Made by a program: the position numbers and the translations under genes. The notes beneath the pieces are model-generated. The model ran no database searches. It was not told the origin of the DNA and saw only the letters and a program-made list of their open reading frames with translations. From a virus: a DNA stretch of 45,729 bases. This document shows positions 25,495 through 33,021 of this stretch, piece after piece (the stretch's first letter is position 1; each line of letters begins with the position of its first letter). The stretch covers positions 1 to 45,729 of IMG/VR virus record IMGVR_UViG_3300027852_000009; one strand, written 5' to 3'.

Positions 25495-27321
25495 TTAATG
25501 TGTGTCAGCCCACGAAAGGCCGATATCAGCAGAGCCAACCAAAGGACAACGAATGCCCAGCGCTTCACCAGCAAGACGAATACTGTCCTTGCCTAGATCA
25601 GCAATTGGGGATGTCAGTTTTCCATCGACCTCCTTGACAAGATTAGGATGGACAGAGACTTGGAATTCGTCATGCACGTTGGCACAGAAGAACACTTGGT
25701 CGAGCAGTTGTTGTTTCTCCAACTCGCTCCCAAAGATATTCAGGGCCTTCTTCATGACGATTGAGCCATTGCCTTGCAGCAAGGTATTCAAGGCCGAGTG
25801 ATCAGACGCCGATGGTATCCACCGATTGTCGTGACCGGGCAGGGCACCATATTTGTTGTGGGCCTTCTTAGACTTGGCGATGAGTTCACCGAGACCGACA
25901 ATACCGACTTCAATCTTGGACCTCAGGATTTTCCCAAGGGCACTAGGGGAGCCTTTAGGGATTTCCATTCCGGCTTCCCGTGCGTCCTCTTGCACGATGA
26001 TCCCCAGCTTCTTATCGAAGCATCCATAGTTGTGGGCATAGATCATCGTCTTGGCACTAGGCCTCAGGAATAGTCCCGCAGCCTTCATATTCATCGTGTG
26101 GATGTCGGTCCCTAAGGACTTGTCACCAGAGTGAACAATATCGACATACAGACCATCATCATATGGTTGTAGAAAGTGGGCCAGTTCGCGTAGTTCAAGA
26201 CCTTCAGCATCAATCCCTATGAGATAATGTCCGTGGTCAGGGAGCCACAAGGCCCTCATACAATGATCACCGTCAGCTTGTGCCACATTTGGTTTGAAGT
26301 GGCTCATGCGGTGTGTTCTTGCACCTAGAGTGTTGATCTGGCCGTGGATGAAGTGGGTTCCATCAGGGCGTAACTTAGCCATGTTCAACCAAGAGTTCTT
26401 TCCGTCAGCTATCATCCCCAGCTTCTTACCGATGGTGAGGTATCGGGCTATCACCTTGGCCTCAGGGTAGGGGAGGTCTCCCAGGATCGTTTCATCAATC
26501 TTGGGGATGCCTGTCTTGGTCTTTAATTCAGGCTTCCAACCATGGGCTGTGATCAGACGGTCAGCAATCTGTTGACGTGAACCGACATTAAAAACCTCAA
26601 CGCCATCTTTCAGACGTTTAGGCTTACCTGTGATCTTGTCGAATTGCTTCTCAGAGTAGCGTTCAATGGTGATGGGGGGGAATAACTCACGCATGTCCCT
26701 TTCAATCTCAAGGCTCTCAACCCTCAGATCAGTTTCAAGACGCTGGGCACCCTCATAGTCAAACCGGAACCCATGTTGCGATTGGAGGCTTATCCAGTAG
26801 GCGGTCTCGAATTCAAGTTCGCAGGCGACTTTGTATTTCTCGTAAAAGGCTCCCATCGCTTTGACCTTGCGGCCATTCTTGTGTTCACCCTTCCATGCTT
26901 GTTGCAGGATGCGTACATCTTGGATGCCGTAGGTAACCATTGCTTTGGAGAAGTGGTCGAAGTCATGGAAGTCTCCTTTGGGATACCCAAGGGCCTCACC
27001 AATGTCAGCCAGAGCGTGGCGTTTGGCTGTGCTATCCATGAGGCGTGAGATGATGAGAGTGTCAATGATCTGCTCCCGACGAAGTGTGCCGGGGTACAGT
27101 TTGTTTATGGCGAAGAAGTCGAAGCCAAAGGCATTGTGGAAGGCCACCTTTTCAGCAGCCTTCACGATGCCCAAACCTTCTGCCAGAGATGGAAAGCCCG
27201 GTTGATCTGCGTAGACCGTTACCGGACCATCCACCTCTGTAGCGAGTTGGAGCGTCCACATTGTCGTGATGTCTTCAAGAAAGTTGTCCCCTTCGCAATC
27301 AGCGAAAAGGATTTCAACCAT
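25495..27321 (-). CDS. Family-A DNA polymerase (T7-like, with 3'-5' exonuclease)
   Basis: Exo I FADCEGDNF. Motif A IGIDAEGLELRELAH. Motif B RPSAKTMIYAHNYG. Motif C CANVHDEFQVSV. Confidence 0.95.
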   Translation of the reverse strand: MVEILFADCEGDNFLEDITTMWTLQLATEVDGPVTVYADQPGFPSLAEGLGIVKAAEKVAFHNAFGFDFFAINKLYPGTLRREQIIDTLIISRLMDSTAKRHALADIGEALGYPKGDFHDFDHFSKAMVTYGIQDVRILQQAWKGEHKNGRKVKAMGAFYEKYKVACELEFETAYWISLQSQHGFRFDYEGAQRLETDLRVESLEIERDMRELFPPITIERYSEKQFDKITGKPKRLKDGVEVFNVGSRQQIADRLITAHGWKPELKTKTGIPKIDETILGDLPYPEAKVIARYLTIGKKLGMIADGKNSWLNMAKLRPDGTHFIHGQINTLGARTHRMSHFKPNVAQADGDHCMRALWLPDHGHYLIGIDAEGLELRELAHFLQPYDDGLYVDIVHSGDKSLGTDIHTMNMKAAGLFLRPSAKTMIYAHNYGCFDKKLGIIVQEDAREAGMEIPKGSPSALGKILRSKIEVGIVGLGELIAKSKKAHNKYGALPGHDNRWIPSASDHSALNTLLQGNGSIVMKKALNIFGSELEKQQLLDQVFFCANVHDEFQVSVHPNLVKEVDGKLTSPIADLGKDSIRLAGEALGIRCPLVGSADIGLSWADTH

Positions 27322-27601
27322 CCTTGTTTTCTTCCTTCCGGTAGTCGTTGAGGCTGATCACGTTACCAGAGTTCAAGGCGTCCTCAGGGTCTCCCTCAGG
27401 TTCCTCTTCCAGTGCTTGGCCCAGATCAATCAGAGGATCACGACCATCAAGGAACAGGTAGATGGTACGGGTGTCCTTCATGGCGTCCTCAGGATACCCA
27501 TTGGGGCCTGAGTGCAATTTGTGGGCATAGTTCATCGCCGTGAGTCGCTTGTTCAGATCGGCATCAAGTGGTGGTGCTGTTTCTGCATTGGATTGATCCA
27601 A
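27314..27601 (-). CDS. Hypothetical protein
   Basis: TTG start inside element copy, with GAAGGA upstream. Overlaps the polymerase start. Start uncertain. Confidence 0.4.
   Translation of the reverse strand: MDQSNAETAPPLDADLNKRLTAMNYAHKLHSGPNGYPEDAMKDTRTIYLFLDGRDPLIDLGQALEEEPEGDPEDALNSGNVISLNDYRKEENKDG
27588..27601. repeat. Element copy 14
   Basis: TTGGATTGATCCAA, one nt after the primase-helicase stop. Forms the first codons (L/M-D-Q-S-N) of the next ORF. Confidence 0.9.
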
Positions 27602-27602
27602 G

Positions 27603-29297
27603 TCAAAATCCTTCTGTCATGTCTGTGGGGGTGCCAGAGGTTCCAGTGAACCCCACTGCACTTGGCAGAACGATCCGTCCGGTATCACTGTCGTATCCCA
27701 ATGTGAGGGTGTGGCCAGTTGCTTGGCCGGTGTAACGGTCCTTTAGAACCCTGAAGGTTGTCTCTTGCCTCTCAGCCTCGTCTTCAGCCTGTTGATCCCT
27801 TTCGAGACCGAACATGAAGAAAGACCAGAAGCCAATGGCACGACTGCCTTTGAAGTGTCTGATCATAACTCGACCACCTTCCTCATGGGGTGTCCCATCA
27901 GGCGTTGTCAGGTGTGAGATGAAGTGGATGATCAGGCTCAATTCGTTAGCCAGCCCAGCCATCTCTTTCATGATCTGTTCAAGAGAACCTTTTTCGTCGG
28001 ACGTGTCAGCCATCGCTGTCAGGTGATCGACATAGAAAATCTTGATGTCTTCAGCCACGGCCATGTGTCGGATGCGATCTTTGACGCCTTCCCACTCTGT
28101 CTGTCCAAAACTGTCATAGAAGATGATCTTGCCCTGTAGAGGTTCACAGGCTGTCACCAGTTCCTCAGGGGTCCACCCAGAGTCAGGGATGTGGAAGCGC
28201 TTTCCAGCTACCTTTCCAGCGATCCTCTTGACGGTCTCAGTGGGCTTTTGTTCCAGATAGAGAACCCCGACCTTCTTACCTAATTTAACAACATCAAACT
28301 CCACTTGCTCGGTAAATATGTCAGTCTTGCCTGTCCCGGTCCCACCACCCAGGCCATAGATTTCGCCATAGCGTCGGCCATAGGTCAGGTCAGTTAGTTC
28401 AGGGATGAACCATGGTAGACCCCACTCGACGGGCTTCATGGCTTCTTCAAGGATGTCGTTGACGTGGACTAGGCCATCAGGTCTGACTTCTTCAGCTTGA
28501 AACACAGCTTCCATAGCAGCCTTGTAGGCACCAGCCATCATTGCTTCGTTCAGGTCTTTGAACTCCTGAGGGAGCGATGCAATGAACATCTTCTTTGGCG
28601 ACAATAGGCCCCGGCAGGCTTCAACAGCGATCTGCCCCGGCTCGTCATTGTCGAAACAGAAGACTACCTTTTCGAAACTTTCGAGCCATTCAAGGTTGGC
28701 TTTGATAGCCCCTTTGGCACTCTCGGCACCATTCGGGATGGACACAGCAGGCCAACCTTTACGCATCTCAGCGTAGGACATGGCGTCTATTGCACCCTCA
28801 GTGATGACCAGAACCTTGGAACCACCAGCCTTAACAGCGTGTTTGCCAAAGAGCAGCTTCGACACGTTACCAATGGCAGCGAAGTTCTTGTCCTTGTCTC
28901 TGATCTTCTGACCGGCAAGGGCACCAGTTTCGTCATAGTATTGTTCGATGTGGACTGTCTTACCTTTGAAGTCGTACATCGCCGTGCCTTCTTTGGCAGG
29001 ATAGTCCTTTGGAACCTTCCCAACCACATAGCGATAACGTTTGGCTACCTCTTCGGAGATACCACGGGCTGTTAGTGCCATGACTTCCCCTTCGATGAAT
29101 TGATGATTTGCCACTTTTCTTCCTTGGATTGATCCAACTGAGGTAGGGGCATTGTCATCCTTCCAGCTTTTGCAGCCGGGGGTGAAGCATTTGTACCACC
29201 CACGACTATTGAGGCTTACGTTGTCGTCTGACCCACAGTGGGGGCAGGGGAGATTATTACGGACGAAGTAGCTTTCTCCGGATTCGCTTTGATCCAA
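27603..29297 (-). CDS. Bifunctional primase-helicase (T7 gp4-like)
   Basis: Zn-finger CPHCGSDD...CFTPGC, a TOPRIM-like middle region, Walker A GLGGGTGTGKT, DnaB-type C-terminus. TTG start with AAAGGA 7 nt upstream. Confidence 0.93.
   Translation of the reverse strand: MDQSESGESYFVRNNLPCPHCGSDDNVSLNSRGWYKCFTPGCKSWKDDNAPTSVGSIQGRKVANHQFIEGEVMALTARGISEEVAKRYRYVVGKVPKDYPAKEGTAMYDFKGKTVHIEQYYDETGALAGQKIRDKDKNFAAIGNVSKLLFGKHAVKAGGSKVLVITEGAIDAMSYAEMRKGWPAVSIPNGAESAKGAIKANLEWLESFEKVVFCFDNDEPGQIAVEACRGLLSPKKMFIASLPQEFKDLNEAMMAGAYKAAMEAVFQAEEVRPDGLVHVNDILEEAMKPVEWGLPWFIPELTDLTYGRRYGEIYGLGGGTGTGKTDIFTEQVEFDVVKLGKKVGVLYLEQKPTETVKRIAGKVAGKRFHIPDSGWTPEELVTACEPLQGKIIFYDSFGQTEWEGVKDRIRHMAVAEDIKIFYVDHLTAMADTSDEKGSLEQIMKEMAGLANELSLIIHFISHLTTPDGTPHEEGGRVMIRHFKGSRAIGFWSFFMFGLERDQQAEDEAERQETTFRVLKDRYTGQATGHTLTLGYDSDTGRIVLPSAVGFTGTSGTPTDMTEGF
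29124..29137. repeat. Element copy 15 (intragenic, different frame)
   Basis: TTGGATTGATCCAA inside the primase-helicase CDS, read as V-G-S-I-Q-G. Confidence 0.9.
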
Positions 29298-29611
29298 TTG
29301 CCATTCCTTTCGATTTTGGCGATCAGTTCAGCGCCCATCTTGACGCGCAGTCCTGAAAGGAAGGGTGACAAGAAGAGAAGGGCTGTACGAGTGTCGTCCA
29401 TAGCGTTGGTCCTCCACATCCAGATCGGACGGGGGCATCCTTTCTTTTCACGCTGAAGTAGGGTTCCCACTTGGACGATTTCATGGAAGCGTTCCATCAT
29501 AGGACGCTCAACACTTTCGACCTTCAGAATTAACCCGGTCTTGGGCCACATGCAGCGACCTTCGAAGATACCAGCCGCCCATGCCCGTTGTAGGGGGTGG
29601 ACTTTTTTCAT
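29216..29611 (-). CDS. Hypothetical protein with degenerate LAGLIDADG-like features
   Basis: AWAAGIFEGRC resembles LAGFVDGDG, and ...LLFLSPFLSGLRVKMGAELIAKI resembles the I-CreI C-terminal helix pattern. ATGA overlap with rusA. The 3' end overlaps the primase start by 82 nt. Confidence 0.3.
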   Translation of the reverse strand: MKKVHPLQRAWAAGIFEGRCMWPKTGLILKVESVERPMMERFHEIVQVGTLLQREKKGCPRPIWMWRTNAMDDTRTALLFLSPFLSGLRVKMGAELIAKIERNGNWIKANPEKATSSVIISPAPTVGQTTT

Positions 29612-30048
29612 TGTTCAAACATCCTGTCTACATAGTCTTCAATGTCCTCAGTCACGATGGTTGCTCGGACTTCGGTGTGAGGTGCTTCACCTTCCCTTGC
29701 GAAACGCTTGTAGGCGTTCAGAGCGATGATCATGTGGTCATCAGCCCAATATCTCTGATCCTCACCAGACTTCGCTTTGGTCATACAGTCCAAAGGTAGC
29801 TTGGCGAGGTTATCCACGTCAGATCGGTGGACGGGATGGTCAGAGGTTTTGTATCGAGGCATGACGAATTTAATCCGCACATCCACAGCACCTGGGGCCT
29901 TCAACGCTGGCGCTGTCTTCAGCACCTCGTCAAGAAAGCCTTTATATTCGGTGTGCTTCTTGGGATAGAATGTCATGCCCCTTTGGGTCACCCGTGGTCG
30001 GGCAGCAGGGACAGGATCAGCTTCGATTTGAAACTGAACCGATGTCAT
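29608..30048 (-). CDS. rusA: RusA-type Holliday junction resolvase
   Basis: PVPAARPRV...FYPKK...DVDNLAKLPLDCM signature. ATG sharing one nt with the SSB stop (TGATG). Confidence 0.8.
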   Translation of the reverse strand: MTSVQFQIEADPVPAARPRVTQRGMTFYPKKHTEYKGFLDEVLKTAPALKAPGAVDVRIKFVMPRYKTSDHPVHRSDVDNLAKLPLDCMTKAKSGEDQRYWADDHMIIALNAYKRFAREGEAPHTEVRATIVTEDIEDYVDRMFEQ

Positions 30049-30665
30049 CAAAAGGGAATTTCGTCATCGTCGTCTTCTTCTGACGGAGCAGGGGCAACAT
30101 AGCCACCTTCTTCATCGTCAAAGCCCTCGGTGTTGCCACCTTCTGAGAAAGAAGTGTTCTTTTCGATCAGTTGTACCATTTTGATCCGCAATGTGACGCC
30201 AGAACCAAAGCCTTCATAGGGCATGGCCTCGGCCTTCACACGGATCACATCACCACCCATGATCTTGACATCATCCGGCAGAGATTGCCGTTGGCTGTCG
30301 ATCAGACCGGGCTTGTACTTGCCCTTGGCGTCAAAGTAGATTTTGTCAACGTGGTCTTCGTCCAGCTTTGGCTTGTCTTTACCATCTTCAGGAACGAAGT
30401 CATCCTCGTCCTGATCTTCAGGGTATTCAAAGGGCGACTTGTGGACCTTCTTCAGCTTCACACCATTCTTCTTGGCTTCAGCCCGAACGCTGTCCATCAC
30501 GTTGTCCAGAAAAGCCCGAACTTCAGGGGTGTCTTCCAGAATACAGCGTGTCTTGAACTTGGGATCACCCTTGCCTTCAAAGGCTTCTTGGGGTTCGTTC
30601 AGGTAGGTAAACTTCGCCATCCCAGCAGGGAAAACGAATTCTTTGTATCGTGGCTGTTTTGCCAT
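30048..30665 (-). CDS. Single-stranded DNA-binding protein (T7 gp2.5-like)
   Basis: 205 aa. OB-like body with an acidic tail ending in an aromatic residue (EEDDDDEIPF). Position is upstream of the replication genes. Confidence 0.75.
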   Translation of the reverse strand: MAKQPRYKEFVFPAGMAKFTYLNEPQEAFEGKGDPKFKTRCILEDTPEVRAFLDNVMDSVRAEAKKNGVKLKKVHKSPFEYPEDQDEDDFVPEDGKDKPKLDEDHVDKIYFDAKGKYKPGLIDSQRQSLPDDVKIMGGDVIRVKAEAMPYEGFGSGVTLRIKMVQLIEKNTSFSEGGNTEGFDDEEGGYVAPAPSEEDDDDEIPF

Positions 30666-30667
30666 GT

Positions 30668-30874
30668 TTATTCCTCAATGATCTTGTTGATGTTGGTGAG
30701 GACTTTCGAGGCCCGCTTGTTGTCAAACAGCATGGCAGAGTTGGTCGCCTGAATTTGGGCAACCTTTTCGGCATTGTTGGTGATTGTTGTGACATTGGCG
30801 TCAATGAACTTGTTCAGATCAGATGCGGTCTTTTCGAAAGTCTTCAAGATGGTCGAAAGGCTCTTAGTGAACAT
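30668..30874 (-). CDS. Hypothetical helical protein
   Basis: ATG at 30874 preceded by element copy plus AAAGGAGAG. The longer ORF-track version (to 31006) runs through the terminator and was rejected. Confidence 0.55.
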   Translation of the reverse strand: MFTKSLSTILKTFEKTASDLNKFIDANVTTITNNAEKVAQIQATNSAMLFDNKRASKVLTNINKIIEE

Positions 30875-30886
30875 CCATTCTCTCCT

Positions 30887-30900
30887 TTGGATAAGTCTAA
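30887..30900. repeat. Element copy 16 (variant arm)
   Basis: TTGGATAAGTCTAA between the minus-sense terminator and the 30874 start. Confidence 0.85.
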
Positions 30901-30901
30901 G

Positions 30902-30928
30902 ATAAAAAAGCCAGCCGTGAGGCCGACC
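30902..30928 (-). terminator. Intrinsic terminator (minus sense)
   Basis: Minus sense GGTCGGCC-TCAC-GGCTGGCT followed by TTTTTTAT. The stem includes G-U pairs. Confidence 0.6.
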
Positions 30929-31192
30929 AGTGATGAGTGGGGGCAAGCAGTAACCAGACATCCCGTGGGTCTGGGATTTGAACCCAGTGCTTGTATTCAA
31001 CCCCACTCATTGGATAGGCCGACCCTGAGGTTTGGAGAACCAAGGGAGGGGGCGGGGCGGGCCAGCCTATCTAAAGAAGGGGGTTTGTGTGGGTCTCTCC
31101 CCACTTGTCACCGTTAGCCTTACGGTCTGGACCGGGGCGCTACCCCGACATGCTCTGAGCCGTTCCCCAGTGAAGGGAAACGGAATTAAATT
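30929..31192 (-). ncRNA. Candidate structured non-coding transcript between the RNAP gene and the replication genes
   Basis: No SD-preceded ORF. GC-rich. Bounded by the 39-bp promoter-like repeat and a terminator. Several strong hairpins (31160-31183; the 10-bp stem 30933-30942/31001-31010). Confidence 0.3.
30961..30990 (-). other. tRNA 3'-half-like segment (canonical T-arm), possible attP core remnant
   Basis: Minus sense CTGGG-TTCAAAT-CCCAG followed by ACCCACG. The T-loop matches T54-T55-C56-R57-A58 with G53:C61. No complementary 5' acceptor strand or D-arm nearby. Confidence 0.35.
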
Positions 31193-31231
31193 TCGGATGA
31201 TACTCCTAGTGTGTCTAAGTATTGTCCCATC
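31193..31231 (-). promoter_or_regulatory. 39-bp repeat copy 1 (phage-RNAP promoter-like)
   Basis: Minus sense GATGGGACAATACTTAGACACACTAGGAGTATCATCCGA. Identical to 35192-35230. Lies 8 nt downstream of the RNAP stop. Confidence 0.5.
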
Positions 31232-31238
31232 GACTGCC

Positions 31239-32981
31239 TTATGAGAAGAAAAACTCACTTTTCAGTATGTCTTGGACATTAAAGAGGCCCAACTCAGGTG
31301 CATCAGGCATGGTTAGCCCACTGTAACGCTCAACACTCTCCTTCCAGACTGCAAGGTAATCATCGTCGTACATATCGACCATTGATTGACGAAGAATGTC
31401 ACGCATTGTGCCAACATGAGCGAAGGGACACCCAAAGCTATCATGGATCATGCTGAAGTCTCTGATTCCGATGTCGTGCATACGATTGACCGTGATCTGT
31501 AGGTGAGAGGCATCACAGGAATGGACAACATTTGGTGGCGCTGCTGTTGCCATCTTGCCTTTGTCGATCCCTACACGTCTGAGGAAGTCAACCTCTTCTT
31601 CACCCTCGTCTGGCTCCATGTAGACTAGGAACCGAGTGTCAAATGAGGTGATCCTTTTTGAGATAAGGTTCCGATAGGCTTGGGTGACCTTGGACCCAGC
31701 AGGAGTATCCCAGCACAGAGGTAGGTTGTTCTCTGCACACAGTGCAGCACATTCCATGAACCAAGCCTGTAGGGCCTTACCACGGTTCAGGGTCTTGTCC
31801 ACCGCCTCCAAGATCAAGTCCCTCATGTACTTAGCCTGATCCCACTTGTCTGGACCGGGTTCAACGTGCTTGTCTGCAATCATGAAGTCAGCAACACCAC
31901 GGGCTGTGACCCCATAAGGCACAGTCATGACAGACCGTTTGACCACCTTACGGCGTTTACTAGGGTCTGACATTTTGGCTGACCATTTAAGGGCCATAGG
32001 ATCATCATTGGCAGCGTCAATCTGTATCTGTTCCCAGACACGATCAGCAACTTCCATGTAGAGGTCTTCCCTTGGCCCTGTCATGCAATTGGTAGCCTTG
32101 GCTCCCACAAGGTCACAGGCCATGACACTCAGATGTTGCGCGCCATTGCATGAACCATCTAGGTTGCCGGGTAGGTGCGACATGAAGTCTTCAGGGTCAC
32201 CCAAACGCCAAGCAAAGACCCACTCATAAGCCACGGCTAGGAATTGGAATGGTTTGTCAGCCTTGAGCCATCCTCTGTTCTTCATTGGGTCATCCACCCA
32301 CGAACCAATCAATGCCAGGTTTTCAACTGCCCATTCCATACGCTCGTCAGGGTGTAGCTTATCCTCACCAAAGTGAGTGGCAACTGTGAACCCCATCCAG
32401 TAGACCCCTTCGGACCCCAGCCGGGTAGGCTTGGCAAACCTTAGGAGACCCTTGGCCAGATCACTTGATTGTGGTGTGAGGTCTGAGGGGATGGGATAGA
32501 TGCGTGTTCTGAAGTCCATGTTGTGGGGAAAATAGAACTTATCGAACTCCCACATCTCGCGGGCTGTTGATAGGATGCGTCTTGCAGACCGGGCCTCACC
32601 TAGTTGGGATTTGTAATCTTCATGGATGATTTGCTTGGCCTGCTTGTTGGCCTTCTTATCATCTGGTGACATCTCATCCCAGACCTCAGGGTCAAACCAA
32701 AGGTCTTGTAAGGCTGACGTGGTAGCTGGGTTGATAGGCTCATCCAACCTCAGGACAACCTCTCCATCATGTATGATGTCCATCTTACGATCAAGGAACT
32801 GATCTAGGATGTTGAGAATTTGGCCATTAACTGTCCAAGCTGTTTCTTGGACGTAGTTGACTGCGTTGACTGTGTAGTTTGAAATTTGGGTCATGTCGGT
32901 TGCCGTGTGGCCGCTGCCACCTACACCACGGACTAGGTTTTCGTTGTGGAGGAAGTAACCTCCTGAATATTGAACTGTCAT
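31239..32981 (-). CDS. T7-like RNA polymerase, large (catalytic) subunit
   Basis: SGGYFLHNENLV aligns with T7 GGGYWANGRRPL. MDFRTRIYPIPSDLTPQSSDLAKGLL is T/DxxGR. NLDGSCNGAQHLSVM is motif A. KRSVMTVPYGVT is motif B. MIHDSFGCPF is motif C. C-terminal DILKSEFFFS aligns with T7 DILESDFAFA. Confidence 0.95.
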   Translation of the reverse strand: MTVQYSGGYFLHNENLVRGVGGSGHTATDMTQISNYTVNAVNYVQETAWTVNGQILNILDQFLDRKMDIIHDGEVVLRLDEPINPATTSALQDLWFDPEVWDEMSPDDKKANKQAKQIIHEDYKSQLGEARSARRILSTAREMWEFDKFYFPHNMDFRTRIYPIPSDLTPQSSDLAKGLLRFAKPTRLGSEGVYWMGFTVATHFGEDKLHPDERMEWAVENLALIGSWVDDPMKNRGWLKADKPFQFLAVAYEWVFAWRLGDPEDFMSHLPGNLDGSCNGAQHLSVMACDLVGAKATNCMTGPREDLYMEVADRVWEQIQIDAANDDPMALKWSAKMSDPSKRRKVVKRSVMTVPYGVTARGVADFMIADKHVEPGPDKWDQAKYMRDLILEAVDKTLNRGKALQAWFMECAALCAENNLPLCWDTPAGSKVTQAYRNLISKRITSFDTRFLVYMEPDEGEEEVDFLRRVGIDKGKMATAAPPNVVHSCDASHLQITVNRMHDIGIRDFSMIHDSFGCPFAHVGTMRDILRQSMVDMYDDDYLAVWKESVERYSGLTMPDAPELGLFNVQDILKSEFFFS

Positions 32982-33007
32982 GATTTTCTACCACCGTTTT
33001 TTTTTCT

Positions 33008-33021
33008 TTGGATTAGTCTAA
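33008..33021. repeat. Element copy 17 (variant arm), at the RNAP split point
   Basis: TTGGATTAGTCTAA. Encodes L-D-stop of the small subunit. Followed (minus sense) by an A9 run (32997-33005) and the large-subunit ATG. Confidence 0.85.

Noticed and set aside
30933-31010. A complete tRNA gene. The 78-nt span is closed by a 10-bp stem and contains a 5-bp stem with the 7-nt loop ATTTGAA/TTCAAAT.
   Set aside because: On the minus strand the T-arm sits near the 5' end of the closed structure rather than the 3' end. On the plus strand the hairpin could mimic an anticodon arm (UUG), but there is no D-arm and only 13 nt where the variable loop plus T-arm should be. No cloverleaf can be drawn. Kept only as a tRNA-like fragment within a structured RNA.
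32982-33012. The split RNAP as a simple frameshift pseudogene or sequencing artefact at the A9 homopolymer.
   Set aside because: In minus sense the TAA stop lies upstream of the A9 run, so a homopolymer indel alone cannot restore a continuous ORF. The break coincides with a domain boundary, no residues are lost, and the downstream part has its own ATG. Resequencing is still advisable.
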